Shown one piece after another: positions 42,125 through 58,452 of a stretch of 64,000 nucleotides of DNA. The position numbers and the translations under genes are program-made. Positions within the stretch are counted from its first letter, which is position 1. Each line of letters opens with the position of its first letter. The DNA is from Eledone cirrhosa (Eukaryota): the NCBI GenBank assembly GCA_964016885.1, contig OZ024741.1, positions 53,692,001 through 53,756,000 of the forward strand, written 5' to 3'. The notes beneath the pieces were generated by a model. The model saw only the letters and a program-made list of their open reading frames with translations. It was not told where the DNA came from and searched no databases.

Positions 42125-43159
42125 CATCCTCACTACAGTTACAACACCAAGACAGCAACAGTAAACATATCAGCTCTATATTCTCGTTATATTCTAGCCA
42201 GATCCCCACTACGACCATCACAACAACAAGAAACACATGGTGCTCATAAACTTCTTCACACATAATCCGACTATTAGGAATGTGGTTTTAACAACAAAAA
42301 CAACACATCAACAAAGGCAACGATAAAATATCAGAAACAAAAACGTAATAAAACATAATAACCAATGAAACTAATACAGGAATAATGAGAATAAAAACAT
42401 CGAACATTGATGGATGCAATTTCCGCTCAAAGATTAAAATGTTTCATTTATCGCTTTCTCCCTTTCCTCAGACGTTGTTGTCTCTCATCATTTGTATTTG
42501 TTTATGTTTTCTAATTACGTTAATTCTTTTTATATTTTATTTATTTATTGTGTGGTGGGTGGGGGTGGAGTAGGGTGTTCTTCATTCCATTTATATATTT
42601 CTTAATTTGTATTTTGCATTTATTTTCTTTGTTTGGCAACATCGTGTTTGTTTTTGTTAATTAACACCGCCCTACATGTTGCAAGATAGAATTCGAAGAG
42701 CTTGGTAGTGATCCGTACTGGTTTGTAGTTGTGTTGGTAGTACTGGAGGTGGTGAGTGTGCTGGTGACAGTGGTTATAGTGGTGGTGTGATATTAAAGGT
42801 GGGATTGGGAAGGTAAGGATGGTGGTAGTGGTGGAAGCGTTGGTTGGGTTTGTGGTGCTAGTGATGGTATTGGTATATCGTCTTCTTTCCTATTCTGTTG
42901 AGCTGTTTTATTTTTTTTATATTTCATGCATATACACTAAGGACTTACAAATATACACAGTGCATTGAGAATAGCTCTACTAAACACTGCACATGTTTTA
43001 CAAAGAGTACTCTCTATACAATAGACATGACAGCTTCAGAAACAACACTGCACATAGCCAAGGCGCACAGAACTGTACTGGGCAGTGCAATGATGATAGA
43101 CCATAATATTAATAGTAATAATTCTTATTTCCAACACTATTATTATTATTAATTCTAAC

Positions 43160-43940
43160 GGTGGTAGAACAGCAGTATCAATAGAGCATCGGACAAGATG
43201 CTGTATGGCATAGAGTTACGTCCCATTATGTTCTAATTTGAAATCCCTCCGATGTTGACTTTGCCTTTCCACGATACGGAGTAGATAAATTAATTATTTC
43301 GACCTTTGGCACAAGGCCAGCAATTACCTCGTAAGAATGAAAGGCAAAGTTAACCTCGGTGGGATTTGAACTCAGACTTTAAAGGGACGTAACTCTATGC
43401 TGCAAAGCATGGTGTCCGACCCTCTACCGATACTGCCACTCCACCACAAAATAATGGTTTCTTATATAATCACAAGGCCAGCAATTTTGGGGGAGGGGAA
43501 AGTCGATTAAATCAACCCCAGTGCGTGAGTGGTACTTTATTATATCGACTCCGTAAGGATGAAAGGCAACGTTAACCTCGGCGGGATTTGAACTCAGATC
43601 ATAAAGGGCCGTAACTCTATGTTGCAGAGCATGGCGTCCGACCCTCTACCGATACTGCAATGTACAAGTAACACACTCGGGTCGAGTTAATCCCACCAAA
43701 TTAGTGATTCTGTACCTAAATCAGAAAGCATCATTTCTAACCCTGGCAAAGAGTCAGTAATTTTGAATAGAAGTCGATTGAATCGACAACACTGCATTAC
43801 GACTGGTGCTTTAATTTACCTAACCCCGTAAGGATGAAAGATAAACCTAAAATTGGTTGGATTCGATGTCAGAAAGGGGAGTAAGTAAATACCATAAATG
43901 ATATTGTCTGTTACTCCGACAATTCTGTCAATCCACCATC
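43160..43940. mobile_element. Cluster of at least four tRNA-SINE copies (43160-43295 +; 43302-43447, 43455-43660, 43740-43940 -)
   Basis: Repeated gatgaaaggcaa.gttaacctcgg.gggatttgaactcag. Confidence 0.8.
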
Positions 43941-44455
43941 CTCCTTATATAAGTGAGGATAAATAGAAATAACTAAAAATGGTAGTAAAGATATAAAGCA
44001 GTAAATTTATTTACATTATCTTGGGACAATGTCAATATTCCTCTGTGTAAGAAGCGATAATTCATACTGTCATTAAATGTGTCACATATATTGCATAGTT
44101 TTTATATTTTATTTTATTACAAACGTGTTTACACAACTGGGACAGTGTGAAGGCATGTGTGTCTCTATTATTTGAAGATCTTCACACTAAAAACTAACAA
44201 AAACATGTAATAGAGCAGAATGAAATAATTGCACGCACAATATATGAATATTGCGGAGACATAATTAAGCATATTGTCTTTGGCGGTCAACATAGAATAT
44301 ATTGACAAGCAAGTTGAAGGTGATGCATTCATACAATGGGATTTTGTGAATATTATTTCAATTCATGAAACACCCACAGAAAAGAAATGATATGAACATA
44401 CAAGAGAACATGTCCAAGAGAGATTTTAGTTTGAGATGAGAATACAAAAACACTT

Positions 44456-45870
44456 GTATGTATGTTCTTCTGGTTATATAATTTCACGAATGTTTACCAA
44501 TAGAGAGAGAGACAGTTTCTAACATAGACACAAGACTCTCTCATTGGAATTTACATAACATCAACTAGGTAGATTATGTATGTATGTCAGCATGCATGTT
44601 ATTGTATGTGTGGATATGTATGTTTTGAGTAATATGTGTGCATGTGTATATGCTTTGTATCTGTATATGTGTATATGCAGTTATTAGACGCAACATTTTT
44701 GTAATGTTTTACATATTTTTACTGTTCCATTAATTCTTGTAATTTCCTGTTCCATTAATTCTTGTAATTTCCTAACTAGTTGTGTTCTTTCTGTTCCGGT
44801 GAAGCCTAGCTTCTCAAGATTTGTATTGAGGCAGTTACTAACATACCACAGTGCCCCAATAACTACAGACATAAATCTGAAGGTGTAATCAGGGTGGAGT
44901 ATCTGCAGATTTCTCATCAGTTCTGCATAAATATTCTCCTTTCCGCTAATCTTTAATATTATATTGGCATCTGCTGGGCAGCTAATTTCCACTACTGTGC
45001 ATGCTTTCTTCTCCCTGTCCCATATCATAATATCTGGTCTGTTATGCCTGCATTTTATTGGGGTTTTTACTGGAACATTCCACCAGTACTCTTTCATATT
45101 ATGTATATGTATGTCTTCCACATTGCTGTAGTTTTTAATGTGTTTATTATCGGGGCTAACTTTTCTACGGATTGCATTGTGCTGTGTTTTTCAACTACAA
45201 CATGCTTCATTGGTAGATAGTACCGCGATGACATCTTTGGGCAGCTGCTGATGACATGGGTGACATCTTCGATGTTAATTCTGCAGAGTCTGCACTTGTT
45301 ATCACATCTAGGTGTTTTGCCTGCATCCCTATCTCTTTTGTGAATCAGGTATTTTGTGTTAATTTCCTGTTCTTGGATTTCAAAAGTGTATCATTCAAAG
45401 TGGGAGCCAATATAGAGGTTGTTGGTCCAAGATAGACTACTTTCCTTATCTATATTACTCTCTCTCTGGAGCTTCCTGGCAACATATCCATGCATGATTT
45501 TTTTTGCTGATTAGCATGCAGTTTTTCATCCATCGATTCACTGTGATACTGCTGAGCGGTTTCCATGGGTGTGAGTTTTTGATTATCACACAAGGAATAT
45601 CTCTCGAAGAGTTACTTTCCAGCTCTCATGATCTTATCTGTTTCATGCAGATAGACTTGCTCTAGGGACGGGCTCCTACGCTTCGAGGTTCGTAGATGTT
45701 GTCAGGGGGATATGATGCGACATTTAAATGCTGTCTGGACTGATGTTAGGCCTCTGCCTCCCTGCTTACGTTTCAAGTAAAGGCGGTCTATGTCACTGTT
45801 GATGTGGAAGTTTCCGGTCTTGTTTAGTATTTTTCGAGTTCTAGCATCAACTGCTCGGATTTCATCTATC
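44456..45870 (-). mobile_element. 5'-truncated R4/Dong-like LINE (CCHC + restriction-like endonuclease)
   Basis: DIDRLYLKRKQGGRGL, IQEQEI, CRLCRINIEDVTHVISSC, HNRPDIMIWD..VVEISCP..KENIY..VVIGAL. (ATAC)n at both ends. Confidence 0.85.
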
Positions 45871-45915
45871 GTATGTATGTATGTATGTATGTATGTATGT
45901 ATGTATGTATGTATG

Positions 45916-46025
45916 TTCTTCTGGTTTTATAATTTCACAAAGTTTTATCAATAGAGAGAGAGTCGGTTTCTAATATAAACACAATACTCTCTCATTGGAA
46001 TTTACACAACATCAACTAGGTAGAT
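45916..46025 (-). mobile_element. Second 3' UTR copy of the R4/Dong-like element
   Basis: Similar to 44466-44576 and embedded in (TATG)n. Confidence 0.8.
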
Positions 46026-46110
46026 ATGTATGTATGCATGTATGTACGTATGTATGTATCTATGTATCTATGTATGCATGTATGTATGTATGTATGTATG
46101 TATGTATGTA

Positions 46111-46171
<61 letters not shown>

Positions 46172-46229
46172 ATGTGTGTGTGTATGTATATGTATGTATG
46201 TATGTGTGTGTATGTATTTTTTGTGGAGC

Positions 46230-47200
46230 GAGAGCTTCCTAGTCTTCATTAAGACATGTCTCTGGAAGAAGGTTACACCTGGGACGTTTGTGTCCAATGA
46301 TGAAAACCAGTTCTACTTTTTGTATAATGTATTTGATGTTCAGAGAGTGGGATTGGCCACGAGTAAAGCCTTTCCTCACTTAAATATGCTTCATGCACAG
46401 TCATCACTTGTTATGCGACATTTGTTTTGTGATTCATGGTATTCATGGTCATAAGTAGGTCCCTAGCAGGACTGGTCCTCATGCTTAAGTATCAAGCGTT
46501 GGCATTACTCGAAATCGAGTTGCAGTCATCATGAATGTATGTATGCATGTATGTATGTATGTATGTATGTATGTATGTATGTATGTATGTATGTATGTAT
46601 GTATGTATGTATGTATGTGTGTATGTATGTATATATGTATGTTTCTATATATGTATGAATATCGGGTCACACTTGAGTGCTACTGGTAACATGTAACCCA
46701 ATACAACCTGTCACATGGTCGGTTCGTCGGTGACTAAACCGACAACCTCACCAAGTTTACTTGGTTGTCCAAAATCACTCTCCTCACCAAGTAAACTTGG
46801 TGAGGAGGGTGATTTTGGACACCCCGCAGGACAAAAAATAAAACCTGATAAAGGGCGGAAGAACTCATAAGAGTCAACGGTCATGCAAAAACATGTAAAT
46901 ATGTATATACATGTATACATATGCGCTGGGGCATAGAAATAATTGGGCTGGATACTCGATCGCGCGGTTAAACCACTGGGAGTCAAGGACCCCTAGCCTT
47001 TATCAGGGTATTCTTCTAGGAGAAGGCAACTAAGCAAACTGGGATAACTCCAACATAAAACCTGCGGCTCAGTAGTTACCGATGATGTTGATCTTTCCTT
47101 CTTTTCCGGTTATCGCTACTTTCGCTCAGAGAGTGGGATTGGCTCAGTGCACAGTCTTTCCTCCCCTTAAAAAAAATCTTCATGCACAGGCATTGTATGA
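46230..47200 (+). mobile_element. Two RTE-derived non-autonomous repeats (46230-46535 with (ATGT)n tail; 46660-47200)
   Basis: Shared gagagtgggattggc..cttcatgcacag and actcgaaa.cga.ttg motifs with 41420-41829. Confidence 0.6.
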
Positions 47201-47224
47201 TAGCAGTTATTGATAATTATTAAT

Positions 47225-47410
47225 AATTGTTTCTACTTTTGGCACAAGGCCAGCAATTATCCAGTACATTACTGGTACTTTATTTTATCGACCCCATAAG
47301 GATGAAAGGCAAAGTTAACCTCGGCGGGATTTGAACTCAGAATGGCAAGGGCCGTAACTCTATGCGTCAAAGCATGGCGTCCAACCCTCTACCGATACTG
47401 CCAATTCACC
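47225..47410 (-). mobile_element. tRNA-derived SINE
   Basis: Reverse complement of the 31465/53188 family. Confidence 0.8.
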
Positions 47411-47591
47411 AATGTTACATGGTGCAATGGCCATCATCAGTTATGTATGTATGTATGTATGTATGTATGTATGTATGTATGTATGTGTACATAAAACAAC
47501 TGAAAATGTTAGAGAAGAAGACCATATACCCCACCGCATTGGAGAAATATCATAAAAATATCGACATTTGAAAACAGAAAGAACGCACCAT

Positions 47592-47685
<94 letters not shown>

Positions 47686-47849
47686 TAAATATTAGGAGTA
47701 TTTTGGCCGATAAAATAGATGCAAGCTAATATATAAGTAAGCTTCCCGAACACACTCAATTACACAACGTATATGCAATGTTTCTTCTACACACTAAACA
47801 CATAATACGTAGAATATAGTCAAATTAATACCAAAAGAAAACGCTGCAT

Positions 47850-48610
47850 GCATCCAAGGCACATGGAACTACGCCAGCAGCTCGACCAGCACCGCTTGCT
47901 TGTTTTCGTGCGGCCCCCAAACTCCACAGTGGTGCCTGGCTCCCTGCCCTGCCCTCCTTCTCCACTGGCACGCAGCTAGACAACCATAGCCTGGACAGCC
48001 ATTTCCCTGCGTCTCGGCCTCCGGATCGGCCAGCCACACCAATGTCGCTGCGGTTCCACCGTGGACTCTTTCGGCCCCCACCCGCTTTCCTGTCACCACA
48101 GTGCCGGCCGCATTCCACGCCATACTGCCCTCAACAAGGTCATTAAGCATGGCTTGAACGCAGCAGGCTTCCCTTCCCAGCTCGAGCCGGTGGGGCTGGA
48201 TCGAGGAGACGGTAAAAGGCCAGATGGCATGACCATCTTCCCCTTCCGCAGTGGCAATCCCCTCGTCTGGGATGCCATTTTCACCGACACTTTCTGCAGC
48301 TGCAACCTGGTGCATTCTGCGACTGACCCAGGTTCTGCTGCACGTCGAGCTGAGGGGGCCAAATTCCTCACAATACCGGTCGCTCTCCGACAGGTTTGCG
48401 GTCACATCCCTGGCAGTGGAGACTTCTGGTGTCCTCGGCCCCAGGGCTACCTCCTTACTCACAATCATAGGCGCTGAGCTGGCCAGCCGCAGGTGTGAGC
48501 CCTGCAAATTGGAGTGGCTTTTCCAGGGCGTCTCCCTTGCCGTCCTCCGGAGAAATGCCTTCTCCATTCTGTCGGCCGGGGCTGTGGGTGGGATCCAATG
48601 CGTACCGTTG
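47850..48610 (+). mobile_element. CRE-like LINE 3' fragment (RLE domain), frameshifted
   Basis: SGAWL.ALP, HQCRCGSTVD..G.H.LSC, RH.ALN, DGKRPDGMT, LVWDA, AVETSG, SLAVLRRNA. Confidence 0.85.
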
Positions 48611-49242
48611 TAGTTGTTGTATACAGATATTAACTCATCAATCACAGTTCAATTGAATGTCATTCCAATACAAATATTAGCAGGGTTTCGATACTGAGTA
48701 AATCGTTAGCTTCGACGAATAAATAATCTATTCTACATATATTGAGTACATCTTTCTCTACCGCAGGTAATGCAGTTAAAGCACAATATTATAAGACATT
48801 GAAAATATTAATATAGACATGATGATTGTGTATGTTAGTGGCTCAAACATTTTAATATTCGAAAGCAATTAGTTTTTACCAATTTAAAAGAGCCCCTCTC
48901 CCCATAAGAAAATCAAGAAAACAAATAAAAAGGGATGCAAAGTTGTATTAATGAAATATATATATATGATCGCACAAAAAGGTATGTATTAGTCTAAGTA
49001 TTTGTATATGTATATATACATATATATAGTATTTACGTATCGAGAAAGAGAGAAAAAGGAGGGATAGGTGATACATATAGTTATTTGCCAAGTAGCGTAT
49101 GCCAAAGGTGCTCGATACTAGTGCCGGCAGTATTAAATATTTGAAGTGTTAATATTTACTGGGCTAGAGAGTTAGCAGAGCGTAAGCACGTGGGAAAGTA
49201 AATAATCGGAGAATAGACCGTTAAAACATGTTTATTTAAAAT

Positions 49243-49286
49243 ATCACCTACGTACGTTTCGCCCAGTTGGGCTTCTCAAGGGCATA
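49243..49286 (-). ncRNA. Minimal type I HHR, U3-A8 variant
   Basis: Minus strand: gccc-TTGAGAA-gccc aact gggc-GAAAC-gtac-GTA-ggtg. Stem I is only partly paired. Confidence 0.6.
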
Positions 49287-49669
49287 AATAATCACAAGTG
49301 CTCCTTATATAGTTCGGAAAGAGTTTTGGGGGTTATATCTACATCAAGATTCATTGCTCGCAAAAATATCTTGTTTTGATTTTGCAGCAGGTCAAGGGAG
49401 GTAACTCTGGCCGGTGTTAGGGCAGTCTTTCCCGGATAATTTTTTTTTTTTTTTTTTTTTTTCCCCGCCGCATCGGTTTGTCTGAGGCTGGGTCTGGTGT
49501 GCAAGGATTGTTTTCTGGGTGTTATTTTGCTGCGCCTTCCCGCTGGGGTGTTAAGGCTTGTTGCAGGGAGATCCAGTGTACTATTTCACTCTTCATTCTT
49601 AACCCATCTAAAGAAGGATATTTTTAAGCGATGTGTACAACTTATCGCTGTATACATACGTATACATAC

Positions 49670-50241
<572 letters not shown>

Positions 50242-50372
50242 CGTACTGTAGTATGTATATATATACATACATGCACACATATATATATTGTGTGCATGTA
50301 TGTATATACATATTACTGTACGTCTGTATACATATATGTATGTACGTATACATACATACTCATATATATATT

Positions 50373-50413
<41 letters not shown>

Positions 50414-50570
50414 TCTTTTATAATATTCTACTTACCGCATGCTGATGTACATCTTTAAGGTGATGTAGTTTATCAAATCACCGTCAGTACTTAATTTTTC
50501 AATTTGATACCCTATTAAAAACATGCATACACATGTGCGCTCACACGTAACGCACACATGCATACATACT

Positions 50571-50611
<41 letters not shown>

Positions 50612-50618
50612 GTGTGTA

Positions 50619-50681
<63 letters not shown>

Positions 50682-51039
50682 TCGTGTTTTTCTCAATGTG
50701 CCGGATAGCGTAAAGAAAACATTCTCAGATAATTGAAATTTTCTAAATTATTTGATAACTGAAACCATAATCTGGCGGCAATTTTTCGCTTCAACCAAAG
50801 CAAGTGTAGATCATTTCAGTAATAAAAATTTAATCGCGAAAATATTAACATTCTAAGCGAAAAATTGTATTTTGCAGGTGAAAAGAAGTTATATGCATGT
50901 TTTGATCTCACTGGATTTTATAGAATACACATGGTTGGTTTAAGAAGATATATATAGAGAAATAATCACGAATATCTTTTTGTTCGCATGATTAATATAT
51001 ATAGAGAATTGTCATATTCAAAGGAAATCATGAGGAAAA

Positions 51040-51150
51040 GGCTTTTCCTGAGGATTTCCTCCGAATGAAACAGTTCTAGTCCCCTAGAAGCTATTTCTAT
51101 ATTAAATTTTGCTGTATCACTCTGCATTGAGTACCTTACTAACTGTGTGT
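51040..51150 (+). repeat. Decayed family I copy with HHR remnant
   Basis: CTGAGGAtttcctccgaatGAAACagttctagtc and ttgagtaccttact are shared with 58323-58425. Confidence 0.6.
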
Positions 51151-51729
51151 AAGCCATTTAAGGTCACATATATTCTACACCATATAAACATATCACTTCA
51201 TATCTCAACCATCTGCATATGCGCAGATATTCCTCTCCATATCAAAAAGTTATCCATTTGTGTAGTGTTGTTAATCGAGAAATCTAACGAGTTATATACT
51301 CGCAGTACAAAACCACCGTAGGAAATACTAGAGAAACGTAGAGAAACGTGGAATAATCTACCACATAGGTCTTCCCTTGTCCATATGTTATATGCAATGG
51401 ATAGCATATACGCGATTCCACGGCACAGGTATTAATAAATCTTTAAAAAAAATAACATGATTAAATTCTATTTCTCAAACACAGCGAATGCTGCCCAAAA
51501 CAACGCTGCTTTAAAGTAAGCCAAATACCATAGACATTGATTTACATGAATTAGCGGAAACAAAACTGAAAAAATTTGCACGTACCATATCTGTAACGAC
51601 AGTACATTGAAATATCAATACCTCTCTGAAAAAAATTTACAAGACTGTGATCATTCTTTTGTTTGTTTGTTTTTTATTATTTTTATATATGTGTACGTTT
51701 ATACATATATATATATATATATATATACA

Positions 51730-51855
<126 letters not shown>

Positions 51856-51911
51856 GATTATCGCTAATTGCTGATGTTGGTTAGATTATCAATATTAGTA
51901 GTATTGGGGCA

Positions 51912-52038
51912 CCCACTGATGAATTATAAGAGCCCACTTGAATATATATCTATTGATGGTATACAAGCTCCTACATAAATTGGTATAATTTCACCCAAAT
52001 TGTAGGAATCCTATAATGAAACGAGACGTCCGTCTGGG
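51912..52038 (+). ncRNA. Type I hammerhead ribozyme with 95-nt branched stem II
   Basis: ccca-CTGATGA-attataaga...tcctataat-GAA-acg agacgtc cgt-C-tggg. Confidence 0.78.
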
Positions 52039-52616
52039 AAGAGATATATTAGATATGTCTCATTTGAAATAATACAGCCAATTTTCCACGCAATACTTTT
52101 AGTTAGCACCCCGAACACATAATTGGGAATATAATCACTTATTTCCTAATGTTTGTTGAGTGAGTTGGAATTTGGCCGGAGTATCGCTAAAAAGCTTTCT
52201 CCGATATTGTATTTATTTACTTACTCTTGGCGCAGCAGATTTGAAAAAAAATCCCGGTATAAGGTTAACATTTCTTTGTTTATTTATTATATATGAATAT
52301 TGATTGTTCCTTATATCTCATTCTGTTATTTTGCCCGAGAAAATATCTGTGTGTCATCAAATGTTGTACACACATAGATATTTTTTCAATTTCCAATTGA
52401 GTTCTCAGCACGTGGCCTGAATTCCTTTCAGAGTTCATTGTCACGCGCATGTATTGTTTTTTGGGGCGGTAATTCACTTCCTCATTTTTTTAATCAGTTC
52501 GAGCACTTCATTCAGAACTGCTGGACTGGCAACCTGACAGATACCTCAGGCACAGAAAGTAATTATCGCTAAATGCTGATGTTGGTTAGATTATCAATAT
52601 TAGTAGTATTGGGGCA

Positions 52617-52743
52617 CCCACTGATGAATTATAGGAGCCCACTTGAATATATATCTATTGATGGTATACAAGCTCCTACATAAATTGGTATAATTTCACC
52701 CAAATTGTAGGAATCCTATAATGAAACGAGACGTCCGTCTGGG
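52617..52743 (+). ncRNA. Type I hammerhead ribozyme with 95-nt branched stem II (second copy)
   Basis: Same motif. Stem II base attatagga/tcctataat is perfectly paired. Confidence 0.8.
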
Positions 52744-52914
52744 AAGAGATATATTAGATATATCTCATTTGAAATAATACAGCCAATTTTCAACGCAATA
52801 CTTTTAGTTAGCACCCCGAACACATAATTGGGAATATAATCACTTATTTCCTAATGTTTGTTGAGTGAGTTGGAATTTGGCCGGAGTATCGCTAAAAAGC
52901 TTTCTCCGATATTG

Positions 52915-52982
<68 letters not shown>

Positions 52983-53187
52983 ATAGTGCCAAGAGTTTCC
53001 GAAGAGTAGATCAAAGAGAGAAGTGGCCTATGTAATGTGGAGGTCCAAAATATATTATATTAACGGGATCTCAACACAAATGCATGTGGTAGCTTAGGTT
53101 TCAAACTTCAACCAACATATATCTGCGAGTTTAGTTATGTTCAGACAGAACGCAGATGGCTGAACGTTATTTCATACATAAGAAGGG

Positions 53188-53385
53188 CTGTGGATTGGCA
53201 GTATCGGTAGAGGGTCTGACGCCATGCTTTGCAGTAAAGAGTTACCGCCCTTTATGGTCTGAGTTCAAATCCCGCCGAGGTTAACTTTGCCTTTCATCCT
53301 TACGGGGTCGATAAAATGAAGTACCAGTCACGCACTTTCCCCTTCCCCTAAATTGTTGGCCTTGTGCCTATATAAGAAACCGTTA
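53188..53385 (+). mobile_element. tRNA-derived SINE
   Basis: A box TGGCAGTATCGG, B box GAGTTCAAATCC, core gcctttcatccttacggggtcgataaaat. Confidence 0.85.
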
Positions 53386-54563
53386 TTTCATACATAAGAT
53401 CTCGCCAGGTATAAGGGAGGTAATAATGTGATAATACCTTTGGTAATTTTGTTATAAGTGGAAGCAGCTCATATGCCTGCAAGTTATATATATTGTGTCA
53501 TTATTGTCCCTATGGAGGCGGGTTGCCGTCTAGTTAATCGTATGTATTATTTATGTGTGATTAATGTATGTATCCTATTGCGCTAAATTGTATTTGACTG
53601 TTGTTTGATGCCTCAGACACGTTTCTGAACAAGGACGGTTGTATGATGGTAGGATTTTGTCTGCCTAGGCTTCTCCATGCCGAGAGGAGATTGGATCCCA
53701 CATGATGGCATCCTCTGAATATTTCATGTTTATGTTTTAGATGATTCTCTGAGGACTCCATGCAATATTTTAAGTATTTGCTTAAGTAAAGTAAACACAT
53801 CTGCAACGAATATGCAAAACCAAGTCGACATAATCATACCATTAAAACCAACCACACAGATAACAGCGACAGCGAATGATATGAGAGTATGATAGAAAAC
53901 TAGTTTAGACAGGGGCACTATTCACATGTCACATCATCCAAACATTAGGAAATGAGGACGGTCACGGCCCTGGCACATTGTGTATGAACCCTGGATGATA
54001 AAGGAATACCAATCACGATTAACCGTAAAATTCTGGATACACACAATCTTATATGAAAGGATCAAAGAGGCGTCATTTTTGCTTACGCGAAACATTTACT
54101 ATTTTGTAGAATATTACTACTGATAAGTAGCAGATATTTCTAAGAGGATAGATCACACCAACTATTAATGAACTCCAAGGGATAATCTGACGCCACAACT
54201 GAATATAAATTAGCACACCTTATGTATATATAAGGTTGTGGCAGAGATAACTCAATATATACGAGAATCCACAAGTCTCATGAGCTATTGATTCGGTAGT
54301 GAATAAGCCCGATCGTACATTCAGCTGAGCGATCCTGAAATGCACGTAACGTGTGTCTAAACATAATGATATAAAACTTATTCTTACTTCCTACTTCTCA
54401 ACATTACTATTATTATAACAGTCTAGTTCTTAGGGTTACAGACTACAGTGAAGTACCAAACGTTGAATAGCACATCGGCAGCCGGACCTATATTAGCATT
54501 GAGTGCATAAACTGGTGAAACAATAGTAACTATAAGTTAGACCCACCAATCCCCACACACACA

Positions 54564-54670
<107 letters not shown>

Positions 54671-54680
54671 TATATAGATA

Positions 54681-54718
<38 letters not shown>

Positions 54719-54878
54719 TTTACAAATATATACATATACTCAAATATGTACATATTGAATTTTAAATAGCAAAGCCTGCAACATAATATCTACAGACACT
54801 CTCATACGCACACAAACACATCCAAGCAGACACACAAATATATATATATACACATATACATATGTATGTATATGTATG

Positions 54879-56432
<1,554 letters not shown>

Positions 56433-56454
56433 TATATATATATATATATATATA

Positions 56455-56652
56455 ACGAAGGAATTCTGGTAAGGAACCAGATGGACCATAACGCACCAAA
56501 GTACTCAATACTTAGAGTAGTAGAGTGGGTAATAGGAACAAGTATGACCCCGACGGCAGAGCTCAAGCCGTTTCGACGGCTATTTCTGAACTAAATAAGA
56601 ATTTTTTCAAAAAAATTCTTATTTAGTCCAGAAATAGCCGTCGGGGTCATAC
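56455..56652 (-). repeat. Family G copy with fold-back at its 5' end
   Basis: Reverse complement of 8480-8612. The inverted arm ~56611-56652 has lost the segment between two GCCGTC repeats. Confidence 0.75.
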
Positions 56653-57162
56653 TTTTTCATCTTCCTCACCTTTCACTCACTCATACTTTCTTCCCGTTTG
56701 ACCTGTCCGTAATTCTTTTCTCGCGCGCTCTTGGCCAAGCCGGTATGAATCTTTTCTCTCTCTCTCTCTCGTCTGCGACTTCACAGAACTTATGTTTACC
56801 GAATTCGCAGATCAGACCCCTTCTTCCTCCCGTTAGACCTGTGCGAAATTCCTTCCTTGCTCACATTTCAACCAGGTTTGATTGTCTTTATTCTCTCGTT
56901 CACGATTTCACCGAATGTATATTCATAGAAATCTGGGACTTGTCTCTTTCTTCATCACTTTCTGTTGCTTAAACCATTTTGTTTGTTTACCCTAGCGTCC
57001 CCTTTATTTACGTGTCCCAACGACTTTTTTTAGCCGTTGCTCGCACCAACCTGAGGTATATGGCCTTTAAAGCGATGAAATGCCTATGACGGTTGGAAGG
57101 CCACTGATGAAGGACAAACTTTTTCATATGTAACCCACTTGCAACGCCGCTGCTCCATTATT

Positions 57163-57204
<42 letters not shown>

Positions 57205-57232
57205 TATATATATATATATATATAATATATAC

Positions 57233-57296
<64 letters not shown>

Positions 57297-57311
57297 CTGT
57301 GTCGCTGTATG

Positions 57312-57366
<55 letters not shown>

Positions 57367-57609
57367 GCATACATACATACATACATACTGCGACATAGAC
57401 ACGCGTACACGAATGAAAAATATTTTCTATCGAAAAGAAAATATGAATTTAAAGCCAAGACCACGAATCTTGCAGAGATGAAAAGACTAAGTAAACAACA
57501 ACCTGAATAACAATCACTATAGAAATGACAGCCAAAACAGAAAGACGAACAATAAAACTCAGAAACAACATAGAAATAAACAATATTGACGGAATTCTTC
57601 TTCTCACCT

Positions 57610-57671
<62 letters not shown>

Positions 57672-57727
57672 CAAATTTATACGGGAACAAAACAGAGAGG
57701 CAGATAAATATATATATATAATTATAT

Positions 57728-58170
57728 ATACGATATTAACAAATGGAAACTATATTTATAAAACCATATTTATTTCATTATACATATTTCAAGGACACCG
57801 TGTTAAATTATGGTGTGCTATCATCAGATAATATAGATCAGTTTTATGAATAAATATTGACATACCCTTAAAGAATGCAACCATTGCTGTTGGAAACTCC
57901 CGGATAGTTCCAACAGCAATGGTTGCATTCTTTAAGGGTATGTCAATATTTATTTATAAAACTGATCTATATTATATTTTATCTGATGATAGCACACCAT
58001 AATTTAACACGGTGTCCTTTAAATATGTATAATGAAATAAATATGGTTTTCTAAATATAGTTTCCATTTGTTAATATCGTATTTTTACTCCAAATATTTG
58101 TTGAGTGCTTTATATCAGTTATAAAAATATTTGCTTGTTGTATCCCAACAATTTAAATAGAACTTTTACA
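57728..58170. repeat. Family D fold-back with HHR-like motif
   Basis: Arms 57728-57894 and 57905-58082. CTGATGA at 57983 and GAAA at 58034. Confidence 0.8.
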
Positions 58171-58176
58171 TATAAT

Positions 58177-58256
<80 letters not shown>

Positions 58257-58258
58257 TT

Positions 58259-58452
58259 TTAATATAGATGAGATTCTACAGGACTAGAACTGTTTCATTC
58301 TTTAGAAATCATCAGGAATCTTCTGATGATTTCTAAAGAATGAAACATTTCTAGTCCTGTAGAATCTCATCTATATTAACATTGTTATACTCTGCTATAT
58401 ATTGAGTACCTTACTTACTGTGGTTACCTCCGATTCAACCCGGAATAACTTA

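Noticed and set aside
53188-53280. tRNA genes
   Set aside because: A/B boxes belong to SINE heads. There is no cloverleaf and SINE bodies follow.
57055-57130. tggcctt/aaggcca hairpin followed by CTGATGA
   Set aside because: No GAAA after a plausible stem II.
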